The notes under the pieces: generated by a model | What the model saw: only the letters and a program-made list of their open reading frames with translations | Told to the model about the DNA's origin: nothing | The model's database searches: none | Made by a program: the position numbers and the translations under genes | Origin: Candidatus Dojkabacteria bacterium | Lineage (GTDB): Bacteria; Patescibacteriota; Dojkabacteria; J137 | Assembly (NCBI GenBank): GCA_030834985.1 | Contig: JAUQWV010000006.1 | Location: 76,168-140,167 of the forward strand | DNA: 64,000 nt | Direction: 5' to 3' | Shown here: positions 10,414 to 22,304 of the stretch, piece after piece | How positions within the stretch are numbered: position 1 is the first letter of the stretch | Layout: every line of letters starts with the position of its first letter

Positions 10414-10440
10414 AAGCGCCTCGACATTGTCGAGGCGCTT
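10414..10440 (-). terminator. Hairpin/terminator downstream of the major pilin gene
   Basis: Perfect inverted repeat AAGCGCCTCGACA-T-TGTCGAGGCGCTT, followed by a short T/A run on the minus strand. Confidence 0.75.
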
Positions 10441-10469
10441 AAAAGCATTATCCTTTAACTATTACTTTT

Positions 10470-10937
10470 TTAATTTGTAACAGTATTTTGAGCACATGGC
10501 CCTGCTGAATCGTTACCTAACTGCTGAGCAGTCCCTAGGTTACCCCAGCTACCTGTACCTTCTAACCAAACACCTAATCTGTAGGTTGAGCCTTCTTCAG
10601 TCTCATAACAGTAGGCGGTACCACTTTGTGTTGATTCTGCTCCTGTTATTGGTGTAGCAGCACCTGTTAGCTCTACTACTTTGGCGTTATTGCCTGTTCC
10701 TATTCTTGCTTCTTTCGTGCTTGCAGAGATTGTAACGTCAGGATATCTTCCGTTATCTCCGTAGTAAGCGGCAACTTCTAAGTTAATATTACTTAGAGCA
10801 GCTCTTCTTTCTGTGTCTCTTTGAGACCTTTGCACGGATTGAATACCGAACAAACTTAGGCCCATCAGTACAGCGATAATTGCCATGGCAATTATCAGTT
10901 CAAGTAGGGTAAAACCCTTCTTAAATCTAGTTTGCAT
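10470..10937 (-). CDS. Probable major type IV pilin
   Basis: KKG|FTLLELIIAMAII, RDTERRAAL and YYGDNGRYP; followed by a strong hairpin. Confidence 0.88.
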   Translation of the reverse strand: MQTRFKKGFTLLELIIAMAIIAVLMGLSLFGIQSVQRSQRDTERRAALSNINLEVAAYYGDNGRYPDVTISASTKEARIGTGNNAKVVELTGAATPITGAESTQSGTAYCYETEEGSTYRLGVWLEGTGSWGNLGTAQQLGNDSAGPCAQNTVTN

Positions 10938-10959
10938 ACTTGACCTTTAATAAATAAAT

Positions 10960-12192
10960 TTAAGCATTTACTAACTGTCCAACTTGGAAGATGGGCAGGT
11001 AAACCGCAATAGCTAAGAAGGCAACTAGCCCTCCTGCAATAACCATAATAAGAGGCTCCATAAGCTTTGTCAAATTATCAGCAAGCTGCTGAACCTCTCC
11101 CTCGTAAAACACAGACATATCTTCTAAAATCTTATCTAATTTTCCAGATTCTTCTCCTGTTGCTATTATTCTAATTAAAACCACAGGGAATGCAACATTT
11201 TCATTATATTTTGCCAGTGCTAAAGATACAGTTGAACCTTTAACAATCTCTTGTTTAGAATTTAAAATTACATTTCTAAAAACTTTGTTCCCGGAAGCAT
11301 TACCTACAATTTCAATGGCTTCAATTATTTGAATTCCACTTTTAGCAAGCATTGCTGTTAACCTGCAGAATTGCGCAACTTCAGACTTTTGAATTAATTG
11401 CCCAAAAATAGGCATTTTTAGTTTTAACCTATCAATAAACTCAGCTCCTTTAGGAGTAGAGTATGCATATTTGTATAATCCGAATATTGAAATAGCTAGT
11501 ATTACAACAATAATCAATGTTGCTATATTATTAAAACTTTCCCCAAGGCTTACTAAAAATTGTGTTACTGCTGGTAGCTCTGCTTGCCCTAAACTTTGGT
11601 ATAAATCCTTAACCTGAGGAATCATTACTGTAATCATTAAAAATACCACCACTATAATTGCAATAAATATTATGGCAGGGTAGATTAATGCACCAGTAAT
11701 TTTACCTTTTAAATTCTTACTTTTTTCTAAATCAATTGCGATTTTTTCCAACATTTCATTTAAATTTGCACTTTGTTCTCCTGCTGCAAGCAAATTTAAG
11801 TGTACGTCAGAAAGTATTCCGCCTTCTTTTTGAAATGATTCTGCAAGGCTAGTACCTGCTTCAATACTTTTATATATATTTTGAAGCTTTAGTTTTAAAG
11901 ATTTTTTTTCAGTTTGCTGAACTAGAATATCAATTGCCTGAATGATTGGAATATTAGCACCAACCATAGTAGAGAGCTGTTTTATTAAAACTACTTTATC
12001 ATTTAAAGGTAGGCCTCCAATGTCTGATTGAAAAACTCGACTTACATCGAAGCCGATATTCTCTGTTATAGATATAATTGTAAAATCCTGACTTTGAAGA
12101 AATTTAACTAGATCATCCTTGCTTGAGGATTCTTTTTCTCCTTCAATCCTTTGTCCGGTACTTGTTGTAACTACGTATTTAAAATATGCCAT
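10960..12192 (-). CDS. pilC: Type IV pilus platform protein PilC (T2SSF family)
   Basis: AAGEQSANL, ALIYPAII, TGEESGKLD, LMEPLIM and YLPIF. Confidence 0.95.
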   Translation of the reverse strand: MAYFKYVVTTSTGQRIEGEKESSSKDDLVKFLQSQDFTIISITENIGFDVSRVFQSDIGGLPLNDKVVLIKQLSTMVGANIPIIQAIDILVQQTEKKSLKLKLQNIYKSIEAGTSLAESFQKEGGILSDVHLNLLAAGEQSANLNEMLEKIAIDLEKSKNLKGKITGALIYPAIIFIAIIVVVFLMITVMIPQVKDLYQSLGQAELPAVTQFLVSLGESFNNIATLIIVVILAISIFGLYKYAYSTPKGAEFIDRLKLKMPIFGQLIQKSEVAQFCRLTAMLAKSGIQIIEAIEIVGNASGNKVFRNVILNSKQEIVKGSTVSLALAKYNENVAFPVVLIRIIATGEESGKLDKILEDMSVFYEGEVQQLADNLTKLMEPLIMVIAGGLVAFLAIAVYLPIFQVGQLVNA

Positions 12193-13770
12193 TTATTGTT
12201 GTAATAAAATGTCAATCTCATTAGGATTTACACTTAATGATTTTGCTTGATCTTTAGATATCAAGCCCTGTTTTACCATTAAAACGAGTGATTTCTCCAT
12301 TGATATCATACCCGTATCGCTGCTTGTTTGAATAATATTATCGATCTGGAACGTCTTTTTTTCTCTTACAGCATTTCTTACACTTGGAGTAGATAGTAAG
12401 ATCTCAACAGCAGGCTTTCGGCCGCCTGAAGGGAGCGGAACCAGTTTTTGAGAGATTACAGCTCTAAGTACTGAGGACAACTGTACCCTTATTTGGTCCT
12501 GTTTTTGACTATCAAATATATCAATAACCCTATTTATAGTTTCGCTAGCACCATTTGTATGTAAGGTGGCAAAGACCAAATGTCCAGTTTCTGCAATCTG
12601 CAAAGCAGCTTCAACTGTTTCAAGGTCACGCATTTCACCTACCAAAACAACATCAGGATCCTGTCTTAAAACTGACCTTAATGCGTTGTCCCAAGAAGTA
12701 AAATCTATTCCAAATTCTCTTTGATCAACAAGTCCCATTCCTTTTGGAAATACAAATTCAATCGGATCTTCTAAGGTTACAATATGCTTTGGCTGTGTAA
12801 GATTAATTTGATTTAATATAGCGGCAATTGTTGTTGACTTACCACTACCAGTTGGACCAGTTACCAGAACTAACCCATTAGGAAAATCTGCAAACTGATT
12901 AATCCCTTCAGGCATTCCAAGCTCTGCAATACTTAAAATCTTCTCAGGAATTATTCTTAACGCGATTGAAAAATTACCTGTCTGTTTAAATATGTTTACT
13001 CTAAAACGCCTGTCATTCCAAGTGTATGTTAAATCTACTTCATTAATATTTTCTATTTTTATCTCTTGTCGATTTTTTAATAATTCCTGAACATATTTAT
13101 TTACAATATCTTCTGTTAGAACAGTAGAGGAGGCTAGTTCAAGTTTGCCATCAACTCTAATCATAGTTCTGTAGCCTGGAGTTAAATGAATATCAGAAGC
13201 TTTCTGTTTTATACCTATATCCAGAATCTCAGATAGTTCAAGGTGCCTTCCATTTGTATCAACTATAGGTTTTGCTTTCTCAACTTTTGCTTCAGCAGGT
13301 GGGTTAATCTGAGGAATTTCAGTAATTAACCTCTCCTTAGCCTGTATTGGCTCAGCTTCTGTATTCTGAATCTGTGGAACTTCCAGTTTCATAGAAGCTT
13401 CAAGCTCAGGTAGAGTAGTTGGGCTTTGTGGAACATTAATTTCTAAAGTTTCATTTGCTACATTCGGTATTTTTGCTTGTAAATCAGCAACTTCAGCAGG
13501 ATTATTTACCAGTGGAGGTAAGTTTTGTACTGAATCAGCTTCTAAATCAGGTATATTAGAAAGTTTGTTTTCTAAAGAATCTTTAATATCTTTAGCTTCC
13601 TCAACCTGCGGTTCTTGTACTGGTCCTGAATACTCTTTAACATCATCATCACTATTTGTATTTGTGACAGCAACATTTGAAGAATAATTTGCTGGAGGTG
13701 TCACAAAATTAGGGAGAGGAGAGCCGATAATTTTTGGATCTGTTGTATTGTTTATATTTATTAAAGGCAT
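12193..13770 (-). CDS. pilT: Pilus retraction ATPase PilT with a long N-terminal extension
   Basis: ASDIHL, GPTGSGKST, EDPIE, LRQDPDVVLVGEMRD, TGHLVFATLHTN and an AIRNLIRE-like SVRNAVRE. Confidence 0.93.
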   Translation of the reverse strand: MPLININNTTDPKIIGSPLPNFVTPPANYSSNVAVTNTNSDDDVKEYSGPVQEPQVEEAKDIKDSLENKLSNIPDLEADSVQNLPPLVNNPAEVADLQAKIPNVANETLEINVPQSPTTLPELEASMKLEVPQIQNTEAEPIQAKERLITEIPQINPPAEAKVEKAKPIVDTNGRHLELSEILDIGIKQKASDIHLTPGYRTMIRVDGKLELASSTVLTEDIVNKYVQELLKNRQEIKIENINEVDLTYTWNDRRFRVNIFKQTGNFSIALRIIPEKILSIAELGMPEGINQFADFPNGLVLVTGPTGSGKSTTIAAILNQINLTQPKHIVTLEDPIEFVFPKGMGLVDQREFGIDFTSWDNALRSVLRQDPDVVLVGEMRDLETVEAALQIAETGHLVFATLHTNGASETINRVIDIFDSQKQDQIRVQLSSVLRAVISQKLVPLPSGGRKPAVEILLSTPSVRNAVREKKTFQIDNIIQTSSDTGMISMEKSLVLMVKQGLISKDQAKSLSVNPNEIDILLQQ

Positions 13771-13835
13771 AGTTGAATAAACAAACTTATTACACTAAAT
13801 ATTTAACTATATTTTGAAATCACTTACAAGGAGTT

Positions 13836-15620
13836 TTACTCGTTCTTAACTCTTAATACTTCCTCGATTGTAGTTATACCTTCTAAAGCTTTAATAAAAC
13901 CGTCTTGCTGCATTGAAACCATGCCTTCTTTTTGAGCTTGCTCATTGATCTCTGAAATTGTTGAGTTTGTCATTACCATCTTAGAAATAGTTTCGGACAT
14001 TTTCAGTGCTTCAAATATTCCAGTTCTACTTATGTAGCCAGTATTATTACATTTCGGACACCCTTTTGGTTTATATAAAGTTACAGCTTTTGTATTTTTA
14101 TCAAAATGAAGTTTTAACTTATGATTTTCGTCATAGATATTAAAACCGTTTAATGTATCTAAAGACTCATGAAGAGTATCTAAAATCTCAGGAGTAGCTT
14201 CATATGGTTCTTTACATTCACAAAGTACTCTTACAAGTCTTTGCGCCATAACTACATTAACTGTAGAAATTAGAAGGAATGGCTCAACACCCATATCAAT
14301 CATTCTAATGAATGCGCCGGCGGCGCTGTTAGTGTGCACAGTAGATAAAACAAGTCGTCCAACCAGCGCCGCCTGCACAGACAACGCAGCTGTTTCTGAA
14401 TCTCTAATTTCACCAACCAATATTATATCTGGGTCCTGTCTTAAGAAAGACCTTAACCCGTTTGCAAAGGTTAAACCTACATCAGCATTTACCTGAACCT
14501 GATTAACACCATCAACTCTAATTTCAACAGGGTCTTCTAATGTCACAATATTCACCTCTGGAGTATTTAAAATCTTTAAACAACTAGCTAAAGTCTGTGT
14601 TTTTCCACTACCAGTTGGTCCAGTTACTAATATGATTCCCTGTGTCTTTTTAAGTGCATCTTGCAACCTTGCAAGACTTAAACCTCTAATACCAATTTGG
14701 TCTAAACTCATTACTGTTTGAGATTTTTGAAGAAGCCTCATTACAATTTTTTCTCCATATATACTTGGCATTATAGAAACACGGACATCAGTAATACCAC
14801 TACCGCTTTTTACTTGAAAACGTCCATCTTGAGGAACCCTATGCTCATCAATCTTTAGGCTAGAAAGAATTTTAATTCTGGAAACCAAAGGGTTTAAAAG
14901 TTTCTTTGGAATAGTAAGTTTTTCCGATAAAACACCTCGAACTCGAAAACGTACCGATACTTTTTTTTCACGAGGCTCAACATGGATATCCGAAGCTTTA
15001 TTTTTAATACCGTAATCCATAATCATATTAACAATCTTGATTATTGGAGCTTTATCCAAGTCTTGGCCAAGTTCGTTATCTTGATAACTTACACCTAAAT
15101 CGAGCAGAGTATCGTCACCAACTTCCTCTAAAGCTTCATCTACCTCTTTGCCTATTTGTGCGCCATATTTAGTATCAATTATGTGATTGATATCTTCTTC
15201 TGAAGAATAGTATGTTTGAATTCTCTTACCAATTATAGATTCTAAATACTTTACCTTCTGTAAATCTAGAGGATCTTTTAATGCAACCTTTACATAATTT
15301 GGAGTATCTTCAAAAGCAATTGCTAAACTAGACTTTGCAGTTTCTAAGGGAATCTTGTTTAGAGTCTCTACATTAATATCAACCTCTTCTAAATCTACAT
15401 ATTCCATCCCTTGCATTTCGGCATAAGTCTTTGAAATATCTACCGCATTAACCATATTATGTGCAATCAAAAGGTCTTCAGGTTTTTTACCAGTATTAAC
15501 AGCTTCAAATTTTACAGAATTGTACTGCTCTGGATTTATAAACCCTTTTGCAAGAATTGCATCTAAAATATTTGTAATGCCCTTTACAGAAGCAACATTG
15601 TTACCAGAAGAATCGTTCAT
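13836..15620 (-). CDS. pilB: Pilus extension ATPase PilB (GspE family)
   Basis: ASDIHVEP, PQDGRF, GPTGSGKT, LRQDPDIILVGEIRD and a Cys zinc motif. Confidence 0.95.
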   Translation of the reverse strand: MNDSSGNNVASVKGITNILDAILAKGFINPEQYNSVKFEAVNTGKKPEDLLIAHNMVNAVDISKTYAEMQGMEYVDLEEVDINVETLNKIPLETAKSSLAIAFEDTPNYVKVALKDPLDLQKVKYLESIIGKRIQTYYSSEEDINHIIDTKYGAQIGKEVDEALEEVGDDTLLDLGVSYQDNELGQDLDKAPIIKIVNMIMDYGIKNKASDIHVEPREKKVSVRFRVRGVLSEKLTIPKKLLNPLVSRIKILSSLKIDEHRVPQDGRFQVKSGSGITDVRVSIMPSIYGEKIVMRLLQKSQTVMSLDQIGIRGLSLARLQDALKKTQGIILVTGPTGSGKTQTLASCLKILNTPEVNIVTLEDPVEIRVDGVNQVQVNADVGLTFANGLRSFLRQDPDIILVGEIRDSETAALSVQAALVGRLVLSTVHTNSAAGAFIRMIDMGVEPFLLISTVNVVMAQRLVRVLCECKEPYEATPEILDTLHESLDTLNGFNIYDENHKLKLHFDKNTKAVTLYKPKGCPKCNNTGYISRTGIFEALKMSETISKMVMTNSTISEINEQAQKEGMVSMQQDGFIKALEGITTIEEVLRVKNE

Positions 15621-15675
15621 TAATTAAGGGATTTACTGTTAAAATTGTTTCATAGTCCATTATTACTAATTTAAA

Positions 15676-16308
15676 ATGAAATATCAATCAGTAATTGTAG
15701 AGAGTAGAGAAGCTTTTCAAAAAGATGATATAGAAAGCATCTTAAAAGATAAATTAAATATCTCAGAACCGATTTTAAATACAAACATTTTTATGATAGA
15801 AAAGCCGGAAGATAAAGCAAGTATTGGTATTGGTGATGTTTCTAATGTAGTAGAGTGGGCTTATCGTAAAGATACCGACTTAAAACTAATCGAAATAAAA
15901 AATGCAGATTTACTTACAGATCAGGCTCAAAATGCAATGCTTAAGTTAATTGAAGAGCCGCCTGAAAACGTACTAGTATTACTAATAACTCCAAACAGTA
16001 GTTCAATCCTACAGACAATAAGATCCAGATGTATTCTTATTACTACAACTGCCGCTAACTTTAATACATCAGAGCTTGCTAAAAAATTTATTGAAGCAGG
16101 CTACTTGGAAAGGACAAAGATAATAGATAAAATGTTAAGTGAAGATACTAATCGAGCTAGTGTTGCCGAATTTATTGAAGAGTTATTAAGGCTTAATTTA
16201 AATAAAAAAAATACTGACAGCATTAGCGAAATCAAAGAGGTTTATCGAGCTGTAAAGAGAGGAGTAAATTTGAAATTGTGTTTAGACTATTTGAATATAC
16301 TTATTTAA
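15676..16308 (+). CDS. holB: Minimal DNA polymerase III delta' subunit (HolB-like)
   Basis: SIGIGDV, ADLLTDQAQNAMLKLIEEPP and TIRSRC. Confidence 0.8.
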   Translation: MKYQSVIVESREAFQKDDIESILKDKLNISEPILNTNIFMIEKPEDKASIGIGDVSNVVEWAYRKDTDLKLIEIKNADLLTDQAQNAMLKLIEEPPENVLVLLITPNSSSILQTIRSRCILITTTAANFNTSELAKKFIEAGYLERTKIIDKMLSEDTNRASVAEFIEELLRLNLNKKNTDSISEIKEVYRAVKRGVNLKLCLDYLNILI

Positions 16309-16337
16309 AATTTAAAATAATTTATTAGTAACTACAT

Positions 16338-18936
<2,599 letters not shown>

Positions 18937-18952
18937 AGTTAACTAAGAGTAT

Positions 18953-21577
18953 ATGAACGAAAACGTAATGCAAACAACAATTGAAACATCAACTGATCCA
19001 AACTTAATAAATCAGGATATAGTTTCAGAGTTAAAGAAAAGCTATATCAACTACGCTATGAGCGTTATTGTAGCTAGAGCCTTACCGGATGTTCGAGACG
19101 GTTTAAAGCCTGTACAGCGTAGAATAATGTACTCAATGTACGCAAGCGGTGTATTGCCAAGTACTCCATATAAAAAAGTGGCTAGAATTGTAGGAGACGT
19201 TATGGGTAAGTATCACCCCCATGGTGATGCTTCGGTAGCGGATGCACTTGTAAGAATGGGACAGGACTTTAGTATGCGATATACATTGGTTGATGGACAA
19301 GGTAACTATGGTTCAATTGACGGCGACCCTGCTGCTGCAATGAGATATATCGAAGCTAGACTTGAAAAGATAGGTCATGAGATGCTTAAAGGAGTAGAGG
19401 AAACCGTTGATTTTGTTCCAAATTACGATGGAAATGAAACAGAACCTCAAGTATTACCCGCAGCATTGCCAAATCTATTGTTAAATGGAGCAGAGGGAAT
19501 TGCTGTTGGTATGGCAACTAAAATTCCTCCACACAACTTAAGTGAAGTGATCAACGCACTTATAAAGATGATTGATACTGGTAATACATGGGATTTTACG
19601 CAATTAGAGGAACTTAAACTGGACTATAAAGATGCGTTAAAGAGACGTGACGACATAGCTAACTTACCTAAAAATAGATTTCACAGATTTAACACTTCTT
19701 TAGAGATTAAAGAGCTTTTAACAGAAATTAAAGGTCCAGATTTTCCTACTGGAGCTCACATATACAATGCAAAAGCAATTTCAAGTGTATACGAGACTGG
19801 ACGAGGCGGAGTTTTAATGCGAGGCGTATCTGAAATCGAAGAAATGAAAGGCGGTAAATATAGAATCCTAATTACACAACTGCCATATCAGGTTAATAAA
19901 GCAATGCTTATAACCAAAATAGCCCAGCTTTATAAAGATAAAAAAATAGAAGGGATATCTGATCTGCGTGATGAATCCAACAAACAAGGAATTAGAATTG
20001 TTATTGAACTAAAGAAAGATGCAAAACCAAAGACTGTACAAAACCAGTTATATAAATATACTGAACTCCAAAAGAACTTTAATGTAAACATGCTTGCGCT
20101 TGTAAATAATGAGCCAAGATTATTAAATCTAAAAGAAGTTCTTGAGTTCTTTCTTACTCATAGACAGGAAATTGTAATTAGAAGAAGCGAATTTGATTTA
20201 GGTAAAACCCGTGAACGTGAACATATTTTAGAAGGTTTAATGATTGCATTAGACCACCTAGATGAGGTTATAAATACAATTAGAAGCTCTAAAGATGCAG
20301 ATACAGCAAAAACTGCTTTAATAACTAAATTTAAGCTTAGTGATATCCAAGCTCAAGCTATTCTAGACATGCAGTTAAGAAGATTAGCAGCTCTTGAAAG
20401 ACAAAAGATCGAAGATGAATACAAAGAGGTCTTAAAGCATATCGAAGACTTACTATTCATTTTAAATACTCCTGAAAAAGTACTTGGAATCATCAAATCT
20501 GAATTACTTGAAATGAAAGACAAGTTTGGCGACACTCGACGAACTAAAGTGTTTAAAGGCGATGTAGACGAGTTTAGTGCAGAGGACTTAATTACTGAAG
20601 AGCAAACCTTTATAACTATTAGTACACAAGGATATATAAAACGAGTTAAAGATGATACATACAAAGCTCAAAAGCGGGGCGGAGTAGGAGTAAAAGCTCA
20701 AACTACAAAAGAGGAAGACTCTGTAAGACATGTGTTTAGCTGCTCTACTCATGATGAAGTATTGTTCTTTAGTAATCTTGGAAAGGTTTATTCACTAAAG
20801 GTTTATGACATTCCAGAAGCTTCAAGAACAGCTAAAGGGATTCCTTTAGTAAATCTGGTTAATATTAGCCAAGGTGAACTTATAACTACAGTACTTACAA
20901 GAAGTGCTGCAGGACATATTCTAGATGAAGATATTCATCAAGAAGGCGAAATTAAATCCGAAGCTAGTGGTAAAGAATATAAGTATTTATTTATGGCAAC
21001 ACGTAAAGGTACTGTAAAGAAGACAGAAATAAAAGAATATGACAACATTAGAGCTAACGGACTAATAGCAATCGCCTTAACAGATAACGATGAGCTCATT
21101 TGGGTAAAACCAACCACAGGTGATAGCGAAATAATCTTAGTTACTAAAGAAGCTAAATCGATTCATTTCCATGAAGAAGATGTAAGGGAAACTGGAAGGG
21201 CTTCTCAGGGAGTTCGAGGTATCAAGCTAAAAGAAACTGATGAAGTTATATCTATGGATGTTATTCGTAGAAAAGAAGATTTGATGCTTACTATATCTGA
21301 ACACGGATTTGGTAAGGTTACGCAACTAGGACAGTTTACTTTACAGAACCGTGGTGGGTCAGGAATATTTGCTGCTAAGGTGAATGCTAAAACCGGAAAA
21401 CTTATTGTTGCAAGGGTTTTAGACCATCCAGAAAAAGAGCTTTTAATTCTAAGTGCAAAAGGACAAGCAGTACGAATACCTACAAACAGCTTGCCTTTAA
21501 GAAATCGACAAACATCAGGTGTAACTTTAATGCGTGTTAAAGATGGTGATAAAGTTTCTGCAGCAACTATAGTTTAA
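18953..21577 (+). CDS. gyrA: DNA gyrase subunit A
   Basis: [24 protein letters not shown] (catalytic Tyr), GyrA-box QKRGGVG and CTD blade repeats. Confidence 0.97.
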   Translation: MNENVMQTTIETSTDPNLINQDIVSELKKSYINYAMSVIVARALPDVRDGLKPVQRRIMYSMYASGVLPSTPYKKVARIVGDVMGKYHPHGDASVADALVRMGQDFSMRYTLVDGQGNYGSIDGDPAAAMRYIEARLEKIGHEMLKGVEETVDFVPNYDGNETEPQVLPAALPNLLLNGAEGIAVGMATKIPPHNLSEVINALIKMIDTGNTWDFTQLEELKLDYKDALKRRDDIANLPKNRFHRFNTSLEIKELLTEIKGPDFPTGAHIYNAKAISSVYETGRGGVLMRGVSEIEEMKGGKYRILITQLPYQVNKAMLITKIAQLYKDKKIEGISDLRDESNKQGIRIVIELKKDAKPKTVQNQLYKYTELQKNFNVNMLALVNNEPRLLNLKEVLEFFLTHRQEIVIRRSEFDLGKTREREHILEGLMIALDHLDEVINTIRSSKDADTAKTALITKFKLSDIQAQAILDMQLRRLAALERQKIEDEYKEVLKHIEDLLFILNTPEKVLGIIKSELLEMKDKFGDTRRTKVFKGDVDEFSAEDLITEEQTFITISTQGYIKRVKDDTYKAQKRGGVGVKAQTTKEEDSVRHVFSCSTHDEVLFFSNLGKVYSLKVYDIPEASRTAKGIPLVNLVNISQGELITTVLTRSAAGHILDEDIHQEGEIKSEASGKEYKYLFMATRKGTVKKTEIKEYDNIRANGLIAIALTDNDELIWVKPTTGDSEIILVTKEAKSIHFHEEDVRETGRASQGVRGIKLKETDEVISMDVIRRKEDLMLTISEHGFGKVTQLGQFTLQNRGGSGIFAAKVNAKTGKLIVARVLDHPEKELLILSAKGQAVRIPTNSLPLRNRQTSGVTLMRVKDGDKVSAATIV

Positions 21578-21597
21578 AAGCTTATAATTGTAATCTT

Positions 21598-21628
21598 AAG
21601 AAGTCCCATTTTTGGGACTTCTTTTTTT
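21598..21628 (+). terminator. Intrinsic terminator after gyrA
   Basis: AAGAAGTCCCA-TTTT-TGGGACTTCTT followed by a T-run. Confidence 0.85.
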
Positions 21629-21841
21629 ATATATTTCACAAAAAAATTATACTCAGTAAACTTGCTGTTTTAATATTAAACATTTATTTCAAAAAAGTTC
21701 TTATAACAAATTTTTAAACTTCAATATTAAATTTTAGACTAAATATAAAAAGATGTTTTTAAGACAAAATAATAAGAATAAGATAAAAATTTACTAAATC
21801 CGTACAAAAACTATCAAAAGTCTTTAATCTCTTTCTAGTAT

Positions 21842-21956
21842 AAGGCGCCCACAAGAATCGCGTTTAAATGCGTTTTAAGGCGCCTTGTTTGATTAAGTGG
21901 TATCAAGTGTCGTCTCCAAAATAAGCAAATAGAGCAGTTTAACCAAACAAGGCGCC
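21842..21956. repeat. Inverted-repeat element with three AAGGCGCC/GGCGCCTT units (candidate structured RNA or DNA site)
   Basis: GGCGCCTTGTTTGATTAA (21879-21896) is complementary to TTAACCAAACAAGGCGCC (21939-21956) at 17 of 18 positions. AAGGCGCC also occurs at 21842-21849. Confidence 0.6.
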
Positions 21957-22304
21957 AAAAAGCCCAATTTCTTCTAAAAACGCAAAAATTGATGAAGCTT
22001 AGAAAACCTTCAAAGAAATAAGAAAAATAAAAACAGAGAAAATCAATAAATATAAGCAAAAAACGAAATATAAAAAACTTAAAATTATTACTAAATAAAG
22101 GGACTAGAGGATATAAGTCAGGGTACATTCTAGGAACCAATCTTACTGAGTATAATATCCCTTATATTTACTCAGGCATAGAGTATGCGTAACAAATTAG
22201 CTTTAAATGAGTACTTTTATGTATACAGACGTTATAAGTTGAGAATTTATATAAGCTCTAAATGCCTCCAAATATGTGAATTTAAAATCTTGCCTGCGAA
22301 TTTA

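Noticed and set aside
21835-22140. 101-aa minus-strand ORF in the gap after gyrA
   Set aside because: Its Phe/Leu-rich composition simply mirrors the A-rich plus strand, it has a TTG start and no recognisable motif. Probably spurious.
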